From: Nitrosarchaeum sp.
GTDB lineage: Archaea; Thermoproteota; Nitrososphaeria; Nitrososphaerales; Nitrosopumilaceae
NCBI GenBank assembly: GCA_965223865.1
Contig: OZ245020.1
Location: forward strand, 96,001-160,000
Reading direction: 5' to 3'
Length of the DNA stretch: 64,000 nt
Shown: piece by piece, positions 31,631 through 40,668 of the stretch
How the letters are laid out: the number at the start of each line of letters is the position of its first letter
How positions within the stretch are numbered: position 1 is the first letter of the stretch
Position numbers and translations under genes: made by a program
Notes under the pieces: generated by a model
The model's input: the letters and a program-made list of their open reading frames with translations, nothing else
Told to the model about the DNA's origin: nothing
Databases searched by the model: none

Positions 31631-33274
31631 ATGTCACAACAGGTTGGAACCACTTCAGAAGGAGTTCCTGTAATTTTACTCAAGGAAGGAACTAAACAGT
31701 CACGTGGACGTGACGCCCAGAGAAACAACATAAGAGCTGCAAAACTAATTGCAGAAATTATTCAGACAAGCCTTGGTCCACGAGGAATGGACAAGATGCT
31801 GGTTGATTCTCTTGGTGATATAACAATCACAAATGATGGTGCAACCATACTAAAGGAAATCGATGTGCAGCATCCTGCAGCAAAGATGATGGTAGAAGTT
31901 GCAAAAGCCACAGACAGTGAGGTTGGTGATGGTACCACATCCGCAGTTGTCTTGGCGGGAGCCCTGCTTGAAAAGGCAGAATCTCTAATTGATGATGAAA
32001 TTCATCCTGTAATAATTGCTGATGGTTACAAAAAGGCATTAAAAAAAGCAATAGAATTTCTCTCTGAGATCACAATCAACGTAGAGTCAAAAGACAAGGA
32101 AGTACTTGAAAAGATAGCAAACACGTCGATGCAGACAAAACTTGTGTCAATTGAGGCAACTGACCTTGCCAAACTGGTGGTTGATGCCGTGTTAAAAGTC
32201 ATTGAAGAAAAAAATGGGAAATTTAAGGTAAATCTTGATAACATAAAGATAGAAAAAAAGGCAGGTGGTTCTATCTCTGACAGCGAACTGGTAAGCGGTA
32301 TAATACTTGATAAGGAGATAGTTCACAGTGGGATGCCAAGAAAGATTGAAAATGCAAAGATTGCTTTGATCAGCGACGCGCTTGAGATCAAAAAGACAGA
32401 GTTCGAGGCCAAACTAAACATCTCATCGCCAAACCAGATAAAGTCCTTCATGGAAGAGGAAAGCCAGATACTAAAAGACATGGTAAACAAGATAAAATCA
32501 ACTGGCGCAAATGTTGTCTTGTGCCAAAAAGGTATTGATGATATTATTCAGCATTATCTGAGCAAGGAAGGGATGCTTGCAGTTAGAAGAATCAAGGAAA
32601 GCGACATGACAAAGCTTGCAAAAGCAACTGGGGGAAGAATAGTTGGAAGAGTCGATGACCTAAATGACGCTGAATTGGGCCTGGCTGAAAATGTGGAGGA
32701 GAGAAGAGTGGAGGAGGATAACTGGGTGTTCATTGAAGGATGCAAGAACCCAAAGGCCATTAGTATTCTTGTACGGGGTGGCTCTCAGAGGGTGATTGAT
32801 GAGGCAGACAGGTCTATGCATGATGCATTGATGGTGGTAAAAGATGTTATTGAAAAACCAGCAATAGTATATGGAGGAGGTGCTCCTGAAGCATTTATTG
32901 CACTAAAACTTAGAGAATGGTCAAAGACGCTTTCTGGCAGGGAACAGCTTGCAGTAGAAAAGTTTGCAGATGCCTTGGAATCTATTCCACTTGCGCTTGC
33001 AAGAAATGCTGGAATGAATCCCATTGATACAATCACCCAATTACGATCAAAACAGAGTACAGGAGAAAGGTTCACCGGTGTCGATGTCATCAATGGGACA
33101 ATTGCAGATTTTGAAAAACTGCGGATAATGGAGCCAGTCAAGGTCAAGGAGCAGATAATAAAGTCAGCTACTGAGACTGCAAACATGATACTGCGAATCG
33201 ACAATGTTGTTGCGTCCTCAAAAGGTTCTGCTATGCCACCAACTGGAGGAATGCCTGGAATGGGAATGGAATAG
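31631..33274 (+). CDS. Thermosome (group II chaperonin) subunit
   Basis: [35 protein letters not shown] tail. Confidence 0.96.
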   Translation: MSQQVGTTSEGVPVILLKEGTKQSRGRDAQRNNIRAAKLIAEIIQTSLGPRGMDKMLVDSLGDITITNDGATILKEIDVQHPAAKMMVEVAKATDSEVGDGTTSAVVLAGALLEKAESLIDDEIHPVIIADGYKKALKKAIEFLSEITINVESKDKEVLEKIANTSMQTKLVSIEATDLAKLVVDAVLKVIEEKNGKFKVNLDNIKIEKKAGGSISDSELVSGIILDKEIVHSGMPRKIENAKIALISDALEIKKTEFEAKLNISSPNQIKSFMEEESQILKDMVNKIKSTGANVVLCQKGIDDIIQHYLSKEGMLAVRRIKESDMTKLAKATGGRIVGRVDDLNDAELGLAENVEERRVEEDNWVFIEGCKNPKAISILVRGGSQRVIDEADRSMHDALMVVKDVIEKPAIVYGGGAPEAFIALKLREWSKTLSGREQLAVEKFADALESIPLALARNAGMNPIDTITQLRSKQSTGERFTGVDVINGTIADFEKLRIMEPVKVKEQIIKSATETANMILRIDNVVASSKGSAMPPTGGMPGMGME

Positions 33275-33548
33275 CCAAACGGCAGGTTTGCCCGGTTGAC
33301 AATGAATGATTCAAGTGTTACTTGAACAAGTGGGAATGTATGAGAGGTAATCATAGAACTCCTGCATTGATACTCTATCATGGAGAACTATGCCAGTATT
33401 TTGAGTATTAAAATGGACGCAGATAGATTTGCACATCTAATGCTGATTACAGAGCATTGACCACACAGAAAAAAAGTCTTACGAACAGAATTTCAGTTTT
33501 GCAAATATGATGCTAGGTTTTATTATTATAAATTAAAATCGGTCATAG

Positions 33549-34754
33549 ATGGTATCAGAGTTCGATGTAGTTCCAACAATTATCGGGGTTTTATTTTTAG
33601 TTTTACCCGCGTTACTTTTGGGCAGGCTATGTTCTCATTTTAAAATACCGGAAATCATCGGATTTGTTTTTGCAGGAATAATCTTAGGTCCTACTGCTCT
33701 AGGAGGCTTAATTCCAATTTTTGACAGACCAATTGTTGAACTAAATGATGTGATGCTAGCTTTATGGCAAATTTCTGGAATTATAATTCTATTTTCAGCA
33801 GGGTTACATTTTACATTTCATGACCTAATCAAGGCAGGTCCAAAGGCTGCAATAATTGGAATTTTTGGGGTAATTGTGCCACTTGTTACAGGATACTTTA
33901 TTGTACTTTGGATTGGTTTTGACTGGACAGTTGCAGTACTAATTGGAGCAACGTTTAGTGCCACAAGTATTGCGGTATCAATAGTAATTTTAGAAGAATT
34001 AGGAAAAGAGAAAAGCAAAGAAGGAAATATTTTGGTCAATGCAGCAGTGCTGGACGATGTTTTAGGTCTTGCAATTCTTTCTGCAGTAATTTCTTTGGTT
34101 GCATTAAATACAATTCCAACAATAGAATCTGTAGCAATTACAACTGTAACTGAAATAGGATTTTGGTTTTTGATATTACTTGGTGCAGTCTATATTCTAC
34201 CAAAAATTGTACATGTCGTTTCTAGAACACATCCATCTACTTTGGAAGCTAGAGGTACAAGACAAGGTGTTGCATTAGGTTCTGCATTTGGTTTAGCTGC
34301 AATTGCAGCTAGTGTCGGGTTAAATCCTATCGTAGGTGCTTTTGCAGCAGGTATGGGTCTTGCAGGATCAAAACTAGTAGTACAGGTTAGAGAATTTGTT
34401 GGCAGATTACAAGTGATTGTTTCACCTTTATTTTTTGCAATAATTGGTGCTCATGTAGACATCACACAAATCTCATCAATCAACTGGGGTTTGTTTGCAA
34501 TACTTTTAGTTGTAGCAGTAGTTTCTAAAGTTCTTGGCTGTGGAATACCCGCATCGCTTCTGCTAAAAAGTAAGAAAAGTGGTTTTCGAATTGGATATGG
34601 GATGGTAGCTAGAGGAGAAGTAGCATTCATTGTTGCAGGAATTGGATTGGCTTTTGAGGTACTTTCAGATGAGATTTATTCTACAATGATCTTTGTGATT
34701 TTGGCCACAATTTTCATTGCACCAATATTACTGAGAAATTCATTCAAATCATAA
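33549..34754 (+). CDS. Cation:proton antiporter (CPA2/NapA-like)
   Basis: ATSIAV, AAVLDD, GAFAAG, GMVARGEV. Confidence 0.92.
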   Translation: MVSEFDVVPTIIGVLFLVLPALLLGRLCSHFKIPEIIGFVFAGIILGPTALGGLIPIFDRPIVELNDVMLALWQISGIIILFSAGLHFTFHDLIKAGPKAAIIGIFGVIVPLVTGYFIVLWIGFDWTVAVLIGATFSATSIAVSIVILEELGKEKSKEGNILVNAAVLDDVLGLAILSAVISLVALNTIPTIESVAITTVTEIGFWFLILLGAVYILPKIVHVVSRTHPSTLEARGTRQGVALGSAFGLAAIAASVGLNPIVGAFAAGMGLAGSKLVVQVREFVGRLQVIVSPLFFAIIGAHVDITQISSINWGLFAILLVVAVVSKVLGCGIPASLLLKSKKSGFRIGYGMVARGEVAFIVAGIGLAFEVLSDEIYSTMIFVILATIFIAPILLRNSFKS

Positions 34755-34810
34755 TTTTTTTAAAAAAATTATTACGTGTGGATGCTTTTCTTAACCTCAA
34801 ATATATCCCC

Positions 34811-34824
34811 AAGCACATCCTGCT
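34811..34824 (+). repeat. 14-bp target-site duplication, left copy (AAGCACATCCTGCT)
   Basis: Identical to 40379-40392; abuts the left TIR. Confidence 0.92.
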
Positions 34825-34896
34825 GGGGTACTATAACAGCGCTCCATTTAACGCCCCCTGGATAGTATACCAAAAAGGGTCCTGATCAGTAACCTT
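34825..34896 (+). repeat. Left terminal inverted repeat, 72 bp, starts GGGGTACTATA
   Basis: Reverse complement of 40307-40378 with 3 mismatches; first 36 bp perfect. Confidence 0.95.
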
Positions 34897-34972
34897 GAAA
34901 CTTGTTATGAAACCAAACGACTACACACAACAAAAAATAACTATTCCGAGGATAAAGCCAATTCATTCGTGA

Positions 34973-35644
34973 ATGAATATGGAAACTGACCCTGATGATT
35001 TACAGAAAATGAGCGAATTGGCCAATTGGTTTGAACAGCGCAAAAATGAAATTCCAAACATAGACAGATTAATTCACAAACTTAGAAACGACCAACAATT
35101 AGGGCACCTTGTCAATGCACAATTTGTAAAACAATTTCATGAAGATGGAACTTTCAGAGTTACTGATGTTGAAGCCAGCACTGGCGATAACGATGTAGAT
35201 ATCGAGTTAGACCATAAAATCAATATTCAAACTTGGCACGGACAAAGCACAGCAGGACACATTATGGAGTCTCAATTTGACAGGAAGGGAATGCAACGAA
35301 ATGTACGGTTAGGGAACATTTCCCCGTTGGGGGGAATCAATAGTGATTTTGATAAAGACTGTCAAGTCATGAAAAAGAAACTAAGTCAATTACCTGATGA
35401 CAATTTCGGCATGGTTTTACTGTTAGACAGATTTGTTGGAATGACAATTTTTCCAGATTGGTGGGACGAGATTTCAGATAACAAATGTGTGGTTAAACTG
35501 AGTTACGTCAGTCACGATACGGGATTCGATAACGTATACGGAGAATCTGTAGTATATCATTCAGATAATTTCCAACAAATGAATAAAGCAAAAGAAATTA
35601 TCAAAGCATTAAAGTTTAATTTCAAAGCAGAAAATATTCCGTGA
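34973..35644 (+). CDS. Hypothetical protein (possible PD-(D/E)xK-like)
   Basis: 223-aa ORF; E...D.DIELD..INIQ segment weakly nuclease-like. Confidence 0.65.
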   Translation: MNMETDPDDLQKMSELANWFEQRKNEIPNIDRLIHKLRNDQQLGHLVNAQFVKQFHEDGTFRVTDVEASTGDNDVDIELDHKINIQTWHGQSTAGHIMESQFDRKGMQRNVRLGNISPLGGINSDFDKDCQVMKKKLSQLPDDNFGMVLLLDRFVGMTIFPDWWDEISDNKCVVKLSYVSHDTGFDNVYGESVVYHSDNFQQMNKAKEIIKALKFNFKAENIP

Positions 35645-35656
35645 ACTGAAATACAA

Positions 35657-36355
35657 TTACTTTGTAATGTGCCCTTTCAGTCTGTCGACGATTCTATGTA
35701 CTTCCTTTTCTGAAAACTGTTCCTTTCTGCCTTCAATAAATGAATTAATTCTATTCAAATCCGTAACTGAAACAAACCTGTAATTGGAATTGTATTTCAT
35801 ATTTCCACGGACAGATAACAAGACACTTGTGACGGGAGGGTTTTTCGGACTACGCCAGGATTTTAATGCAATCCATAACACTCTTCCAGCTCTGTCTACC
35901 TGTTCATGCGGACTGAGGTTCTCGTTTTGATTATAGTATTGGGTGCTCCAGTTTTTGACTTCGATTAGAACTATTCCTCTATTAGACACTACGACAAAGT
36001 CCATTTGTGCAGATTTTAGATTCTTTCTTCCATTGTAAGTTACGTAGTTTGGCAATTCAAAATTTAATCCACACATGACATGAAAATTATCAGACAGTTC
36101 AGATAGTTTTCCCAAGACACTTAATTCCCCATTTGCACCAGCATGGAACGGGTCGTCCTTGTTTTTCTCAAACCTGTTAACCTGTCTTTGTTTGTTCCAT
36201 TTTTTGATGCCTCCAAAAAATCCCTTGTGTTCTGCCTTTAGTTCTTCTTTTAATTCCTGATGAACTCTGTCAATGTCTTCTATTTTCTTTACTTTTCTCG
36301 GATACAAGTCAAGAAGTTCTTTTTCACTTTCAGCACGACCGTAAATTATGGCCAA
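35657..36355 (-). CDS. NERD-domain (nuclease-related) protein
   Basis: GANGE...QMDFVVVSNRGIVLIEVKNW...SPHEQ. Confidence 0.85.
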   Translation of the reverse strand: MAIIYGRAESEKELLDLYPRKVKKIEDIDRVHQELKEELKAEHKGFFGGIKKWNKQRQVNRFEKNKDDPFHAGANGELSVLGKLSELSDNFHVMCGLNFELPNYVTYNGRKNLKSAQMDFVVVSNRGIVLIEVKNWSTQYYNQNENLSPHEQVDRAGRVLWIALKSWRSPKNPPVTSVLLSVRGNMKYNSNYRFVSVTDLNRINSFIEGRKEQFSEKEVHRIVDRLKGHITK

Positions 36356-36453
36356 TATAGTGACGTTTGTATATTATTGAAAAAACGTTTTGTTTTACAA
36401 AAACCCTGTTTTTTAAAAAAGCATTTAACTCAACAATCCAAACCTCATACATC

Positions 36454-37249
36454 ATGCAAATGAAGAGATTTCGAGTCCAGAATTACAAGAAGGTTGAAGA
36501 TACGGATTGGGTAAAATGTGATAATCTAACTGTGTTTGTAGGGAAAAATGAGTCAGGCAAATCGGCCATTTTTAGAGGTCTTTCAAAACTTAACCCCTCA
36601 GATGGTGAAATCTATGATGCACTTAAGGAATTTCCAAGAAGGAGATACTCTGAATATAAAAATAGAATTTGGCCTGTGAGTAGTGCTGAATTTGAGTTAG
36701 AAAAAAATGAAATTGAAAAACTTTGCGAAATTTGTGACCCACTTAGAAAAATAAAAAGCGTTATTGTAACTAGATTTTATGACGATAGTCTGAAGGCTGA
36801 ATTTGAACCAAAACCAGATATTGATTCGTTATTAGTAAAAGATTACTTAAACTCAATAAAATCATGGAAAAAACAAATTGAAAAAACTGTAGCCCCTGAA
36901 GGAAAAGGGGAAATTTTAGGGCAAATTAAAAATAATTTTAATCAAGTATTTGATAGTACAATTGCCAAATTAACAGATGAAGATGAACTGTCTTCCGTTG
37001 ATTCTACAATAGTTAAAGAAGTAACAGATACACTCAATTCTAACATCAATGAAGAATGGCAACAAAAAATATTTGATTCAGTTATTGAAGAAAATGACAA
37101 ACTTTCAACAAGAATTGAAAAACGAGATGATTTAGAAAATGCAAAAAATTGGATTTATGAAAATATACCTCAATTCATTTATTTTGATAAATATGATGTT
37201 TTAGATAGTGCAGTTCACATAGACCGATTTATCCAAGACTTGAACAAAG
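36454..37249 (+). pseudogene. OLD/AAA_15-type ATPase, C-terminally truncated
   Basis: FRVQNYK and VGKNESGKS Walker A; no Walker B or signature motif; reads into unrelated sequence after ~37250. Confidence 0.75.
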
Positions 37250-37525
37250 ACACTATCCAAGAAAATAAATCTCAAACCTGCTGGAATTACAGTAAAATCC
37301 TTGAAGGGGAGGTGGGGCAGCGCAACATCCAAAGGAATCATTACTCTGAATTCTAATTTAATTAAGACGCCAAAGAAGGTAATTGATTACATCATAATTC
37401 ACGAATTGTGTCACTTGAATGTAAAGGAACATTCCAGAACATTTTGGAATCTTGTTTCAAAGTATGACAAGGACTATACTAAAAAGGAAAAGTGGTTGTC
37501 AGACAACCATGTAAAAATATCCTGA
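37250..37525 (+). pseudogene. YgjP/M48-like zinc metalloprotease, C-terminal fragment
   Basis: LSKKINLKPAGITVKSLKGRWGS...IDYIIIHELCHL..KEHS..FW; N-terminal part missing. Confidence 0.8.
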
Positions 37526-37537
37526 GTGCTTTCTAGG

Positions 37538-38029
37538 TTAATCATCTCCTGTCAAGACATGAAGTGCAATTAATCCAATCAATAAAAGTACCAATCCAAA
37601 CTGTCCATGCAACAACCTGTTGAAGACTTTTGTGTGTCTTGAGGAAGTGTATTTCAACAGAATTCCGCTAATCATCAAGACTGTCATTGTAATTGCCAAT
37701 GACAGAGAAATGGAATCCAAGTCATTTACAAGAAGCAGTCCATGCGACATTCCTGCAAAATAGCCAATTGAATTAAGAATAATGTGAAAGTTCAGAACTG
37801 GTTTGTAAAATTGAACTGCCTGTCTTGCCATCACTAATGATTGACCGCCTGCGCGTACAGCGTATTTTCTCCACTTGTTAAATACGATAAAAGGTAGATT
37901 TGCGACAACTCCTGCACCAATAGCCACCCATCCCAGGCTCTCTACTGCGTCTTCAGCGTCATCGTCTGCAAATACGGGTATTGGTACTAAAAATAATAGA
38001 AAAATAATAGGGAAAATTTTGAGATTCAT
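37538..38029 (-). CDS. Membrane protein, ~4 TM with His residues in the helices (possible heme b)
   Basis: Signal peptide; LNFHII, MSHGL, LLHGQ, ALHVL. Confidence 0.7.
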   Translation of the reverse strand: MNLKIFPIIFLLFLVPIPVFADDDAEDAVESLGWVAIGAGVVANLPFIVFNKWRKYAVRAGGQSLVMARQAVQFYKPVLNFHIILNSIGYFAGMSHGLLLVNDLDSISLSLAITMTVLMISGILLKYTSSRHTKVFNRLLHGQFGLVLLLIGLIALHVLTGDD

Positions 38030-38033
38030 CGGA

Positions 38034-38357
38034 TCAACTCGATTTCATCTGAGGTCTTTTGGCTTTGTAGATTTTGTATCCCGTATATGCAACAGAGCCT
38101 ACAATCACTGCAATGGTTCCATAAAGAATTGCATCTGGTATCCCTCCGCCTAGTGCAAGTCCCTCATCATCGTCATCTTCCTCATCATCTCCTCTTTCCC
38201 TTTCCTGTTCTCTTGCTTGTTCTCTTTCAGTCTCACCAAATCCTCTCTGTTCATCATCTTCATACTCATCATCGTCATCTTCATCAGCAAAGACTGTGGG
38301 AACTGTAACAACAGAAAGTGTTAGAATCAAAAATAGACCAAGTGTGAGTGCCTTCAT
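38034..38357 (-). CDS. Secreted acidic low-complexity protein with C-terminal TM
   Basis: Signal peptide, D/E tracts, TM helix plus basic tail. Confidence 0.7.
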   Translation of the reverse strand: MKALTLGLFLILTLSVVTVPTVFADEDDDDEYEDDEQRGFGETEREQAREQERERGDDEEDDDDEGLALGGGIPDAILYGTIAVIVGSVAYTGYKIYKAKRPQMKSS

Positions 38358-38770
38358 TGCTTTCTCACCCTTGTGCTTTCATGTTGCAACCATGGCTCTT
38401 TTCTGATTTGAGCCCATGCCAGTACGGAACCAATTACTACTCCTACTTGAAGTACTTTTGATACGATTCCCAAATGTCCTATTCCTCCAGCACTCATTCC
38501 GAAAACTGCAGCCATGTCAGTTCTTGTAACTGCATACAATGCAATTATTCCAACAGTTCCAGCTATTGTTACAGCATATGGAAGTGAACTGTTTGAACTC
38601 TTTAGCATCCAGACTGCAACTGGAATGTAGGCAACTGCCACAACCAAGAAGAATGGACCTTTTATCATGTCTTGTTCTTCAAACAACTCTTCTGATGTCT
38701 CTACAAAATAAACAGTAGAAGTTGCTATCATAAGACCAACAACAATTCCAATTATTGATTTTTTGTTCAT
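38354..38770 (-). CDS. 4-TM membrane protein
   Basis: Hydrophobic; YAVTRT, SKVLQ; overlaps the next gene. Confidence 0.7.
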   Translation of the reverse strand: MNKKSIIGIVVGLMIATSTVYFVETSEELFEEQDMIKGPFFLVVAVAYIPVAVWMLKSSNSSLPYAVTIAGTVGIIALYAVTRTDMAAVFGMSAGGIGHLGIVSKVLQVGVVIGSVLAWAQIRKEPWLQHESTRVRKQ

Positions 38771-38810
38771 GATACTATTACGTGAAAGTGAATATAATGC
38801 GTATTCATCA

Positions 38811-38827
38811 TTCCCAAATTTTGGGAA
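38811..38827. promoter_or_regulatory. Palindrome TTCCCAA-ATT-TTGGGAA, candidate operator
   Basis: Perfect 7-3-7 inverted repeat upstream of the 38770 operon; matches 39494-39510. Confidence 0.6.
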
Positions 38828-38834
38828 CGGTTTG

Positions 38835-39173
38835 TTATTCTGAAAACTTTTGCCAAAGCCTTACAATCTTGTCTTCCATCTTTACATGTTCAAGTTTGTA
38901 TGACAGTTCTCCATCTCTAAAAGTTACAATAATTTCATAGGTCCAGTTTTTGTAATAGCTTTCATCAAGGCCTTCCAAAGTTCTTACTACTTTGGTCTTC
39001 TTTACAATGTGTAGTTCTTCCAGCTTTCGTGTCTTGCGGTATGCAGTTGACTGTGGAATGTTTAGCAGATTGGAGATTTGCTGTATGGTGAGTTCTGTTT
39101 TTGACAATAGTGTTATTATCTTTCTGCTCTGTTTGTCAGACAACACATCAAGAATTTCGTCTGTTTCATCCAT
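38835..39173 (-). CDS. ArsR-like winged-HTH regulator
   Basis: LSDKQSRKII...IQQISNLLNIPQSTAYRKTRKL; C-terminal DKIVRLW. Confidence 0.85.
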   Translation of the reverse strand: MDETDEILDVLSDKQSRKIITLLSKTELTIQQISNLLNIPQSTAYRKTRKLEELHIVKKTKVVRTLEGLDESYYKNWTYEIIVTFRDGELSYKLEHVKMEDKIVRLWQKFSE

Positions 39174-39174
39174 T

Positions 39175-39441
39175 TCAGCTTCGTTTTACAGCCAATATCA
39201 GAACAATAAAACCTGCAATCTCGATTCCTTCTTCTAATATTTCTCCTAGTATATGGTCTTCAAACACAGAAACAACATCCCCCATTATGGTATCGCCTAT
39301 TACTATTAATGAAAAACCAACCGCTAGAAGGGCCATTGGAGGATATTTTGTCTTCTTGAATGCCTTCATAGCAAGGTAAACCAAGGCAAAACCAACTATG
39401 ATGTGAATAACTAGTATGGCGTAATGAATTTCCTGAACCAA
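39175..39441 (-). CDS. Small 3-TM membrane protein coupled to the HTH regulator
   Basis: LAMKAFKKTKY.PM.LLAVGF...EIAGF; 1 bp from the HTH start. Confidence 0.75.
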   Translation of the reverse strand: MVQEIHYAILVIHIIVGFALVYLAMKAFKKTKYPPMALLAVGFSLIVIGDTIMGDVVSVFEDHILGEILEEGIEIAGFIVLILAVKRS

Positions 39442-39493
39442 TATTTCTCCTCCATTCTAATTGTGATTCTGGATTTAAAGGACATATCTACCA

Positions 39494-39510
39494 TTCTCAT
39501 GAATTGAGAA
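39494..39510. promoter_or_regulatory. Palindrome TTCTCAT-GAA-TTGAGAA, candidate operator
   Basis: In the divergent region between the HTH pair and the Met-rich gene; same 7-3-7 form as 38811-38827. Confidence 0.55.
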
Positions 39511-39627
39511 TCATTTTTGGAGATTCTAAATTTTGATTAGCTGTTACAAAAATTTGAAATCAAGTTTGATTTTCATTAGTGAAAATTATATAATCTGTAT
39601 ATACTTTGCAAGGCTATTTTCTGTAAC

Positions 39628-40293
39628 ATGGTAAGTCAGTATGTCTGGATTGGCATTGCTGTTGGAGTTTTTGTAGCAGGCATTGGAATTGGTTTTGCAG
39701 CATTACAGGGCTCATCTCCAGCACCAGTTATGATGTCTCCTCAACAAATGCCACAGATGATGTCTGACCCTGAATTTAGGCAACAAATGAGAGACAACAT
39801 GAGCCAAAATCGACAATTTATGCAAGAGGCAATGCAAGACCCAGAATACATGCAACAGATGCATTCAACGATGATGGAAAACAGACAACACATGCAAGGA
39901 ATGATGGGTCCTATGATGAATTCCATGATGGATGATCCTGAATTAAGAGAAGAGATGATGAATACAATGTCACAACATCAGGCAATGATGCAGTCTATGA
40001 TGCAGAATCCAGAAATGATGAATATGATGAATCAGAATATGATGGGGTCAGGTATGATGGGACAAGGCAAAGGAATGATGAGTGGAGGTATGGGCCAGAT
40101 GATGATACAGGACCCTGAGTTGCTAGAGCAATTCAAACAACAAAAACTAGAACATCAAAAAATAATGAATGAGTTAATGTCTGGAGATATGAATGACCCA
40201 GCAGTACAACAGAAGCTCAAAGACCAGATTGAAGAACATCAAAAATTCATGGACGAGTTAATGAATCAGCTTAATTCTCAAACTGGTCCATAA
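39628..40293 (+). CDS. Membrane-anchored Met/Gln-rich protein (MMxDPE repeats)
   Basis: N-terminal TM; MMSDPE, MQDPE, MMDDPE, MMQNPE, IQDPE repeats. Confidence 0.8.
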   Translation: MVSQYVWIGIAVGVFVAGIGIGFAALQGSSPAPVMMSPQQMPQMMSDPEFRQQMRDNMSQNRQFMQEAMQDPEYMQQMHSTMMENRQHMQGMMGPMMNSMMDDPELREEMMNTMSQHQAMMQSMMQNPEMMNMMNQNMMGSGMMGQGKGMMSGGMGQMMIQDPELLEQFKQQKLEHQKIMNELMSGDMNDPAVQQKLKDQIEEHQKFMDELMNQLNSQTGP

Positions 40294-40306
40294 ATTCTAT
40301 TTTTCA

Positions 40307-40378
40307 AAGGTTACTGATCAGGACACTTTTTGGTATACCATTCAGGGGGCGTTAAATGGAGCGCTGTTATAGTACCCC
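40307..40378 (-). repeat. Right terminal inverted repeat, 72 bp
   Basis: Ends ...TATAGTACCCC; inverted copy of 34825-34896. Confidence 0.95.
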
Positions 40379-40392
40379 AAGCACATCCTGCT
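40379..40392 (+). repeat. 14-bp target-site duplication, right copy
   Basis: AAGCACATCCTGCT, identical to 34811-34824. Confidence 0.92.
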
Positions 40393-40668
40393 GCCATTAC
40401 GATTTGAACCACTTTTCAGAGTGCAAAATAAATCGGCCTAACTATATCCCCAGACAGGTTGTACTTCCAACTAATTTTGAACCGATTGTAAATACTTCTC
40501 TGAGATTAGTGATTGTATTTTTTTGTCTAACTACCAGCAAGGCTGAATTTGAGCTTCGTAGTTTATCTTCATTTTAATGAATATTCATCCAAATTTCATC
40601 TATAAAATAAACAAGTTTAAAGAAAAATTATTTCAGATTTAACTTCTAGTTTGACTATTACTCATTGT

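Larger units (their letters stand above)
34825..40378. mobile_element. Non-autonomous TIR element with casposon-like ends (5,554 bp)
   Basis: 72-bp TIRs plus perfect 14-bp TSD; no recognisable transposase, Cas1 or PolB inside; internal deletion scar near 37250. Confidence 0.85.

Noticed and set aside
33428-33450. TTTGCACATCTAATGCTGATTAC resembling the TSD
   Set aside because: Needs indels and mismatches and has no adjacent TIR; likely chance.
34825-40378. Tn3-family transposon (GGGG ends)
   Set aside because: Tn3 elements make 5-bp TSDs with ~38-bp IRs; here the TSD is 14 bp and there is no TnpA or resolvase.
34811-40483. CRISPR array interpretation of the repeats
   Set aside because: Only two 14-bp direct copies 5.5 kb apart, no regular repeat-spacer periodicity, and no cas genes in the window.
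40356-40577. 73-aa ORF spanning the right TIR/TSD
   Set aside because: Crosses the element junction and has no protein-like features; spurious.
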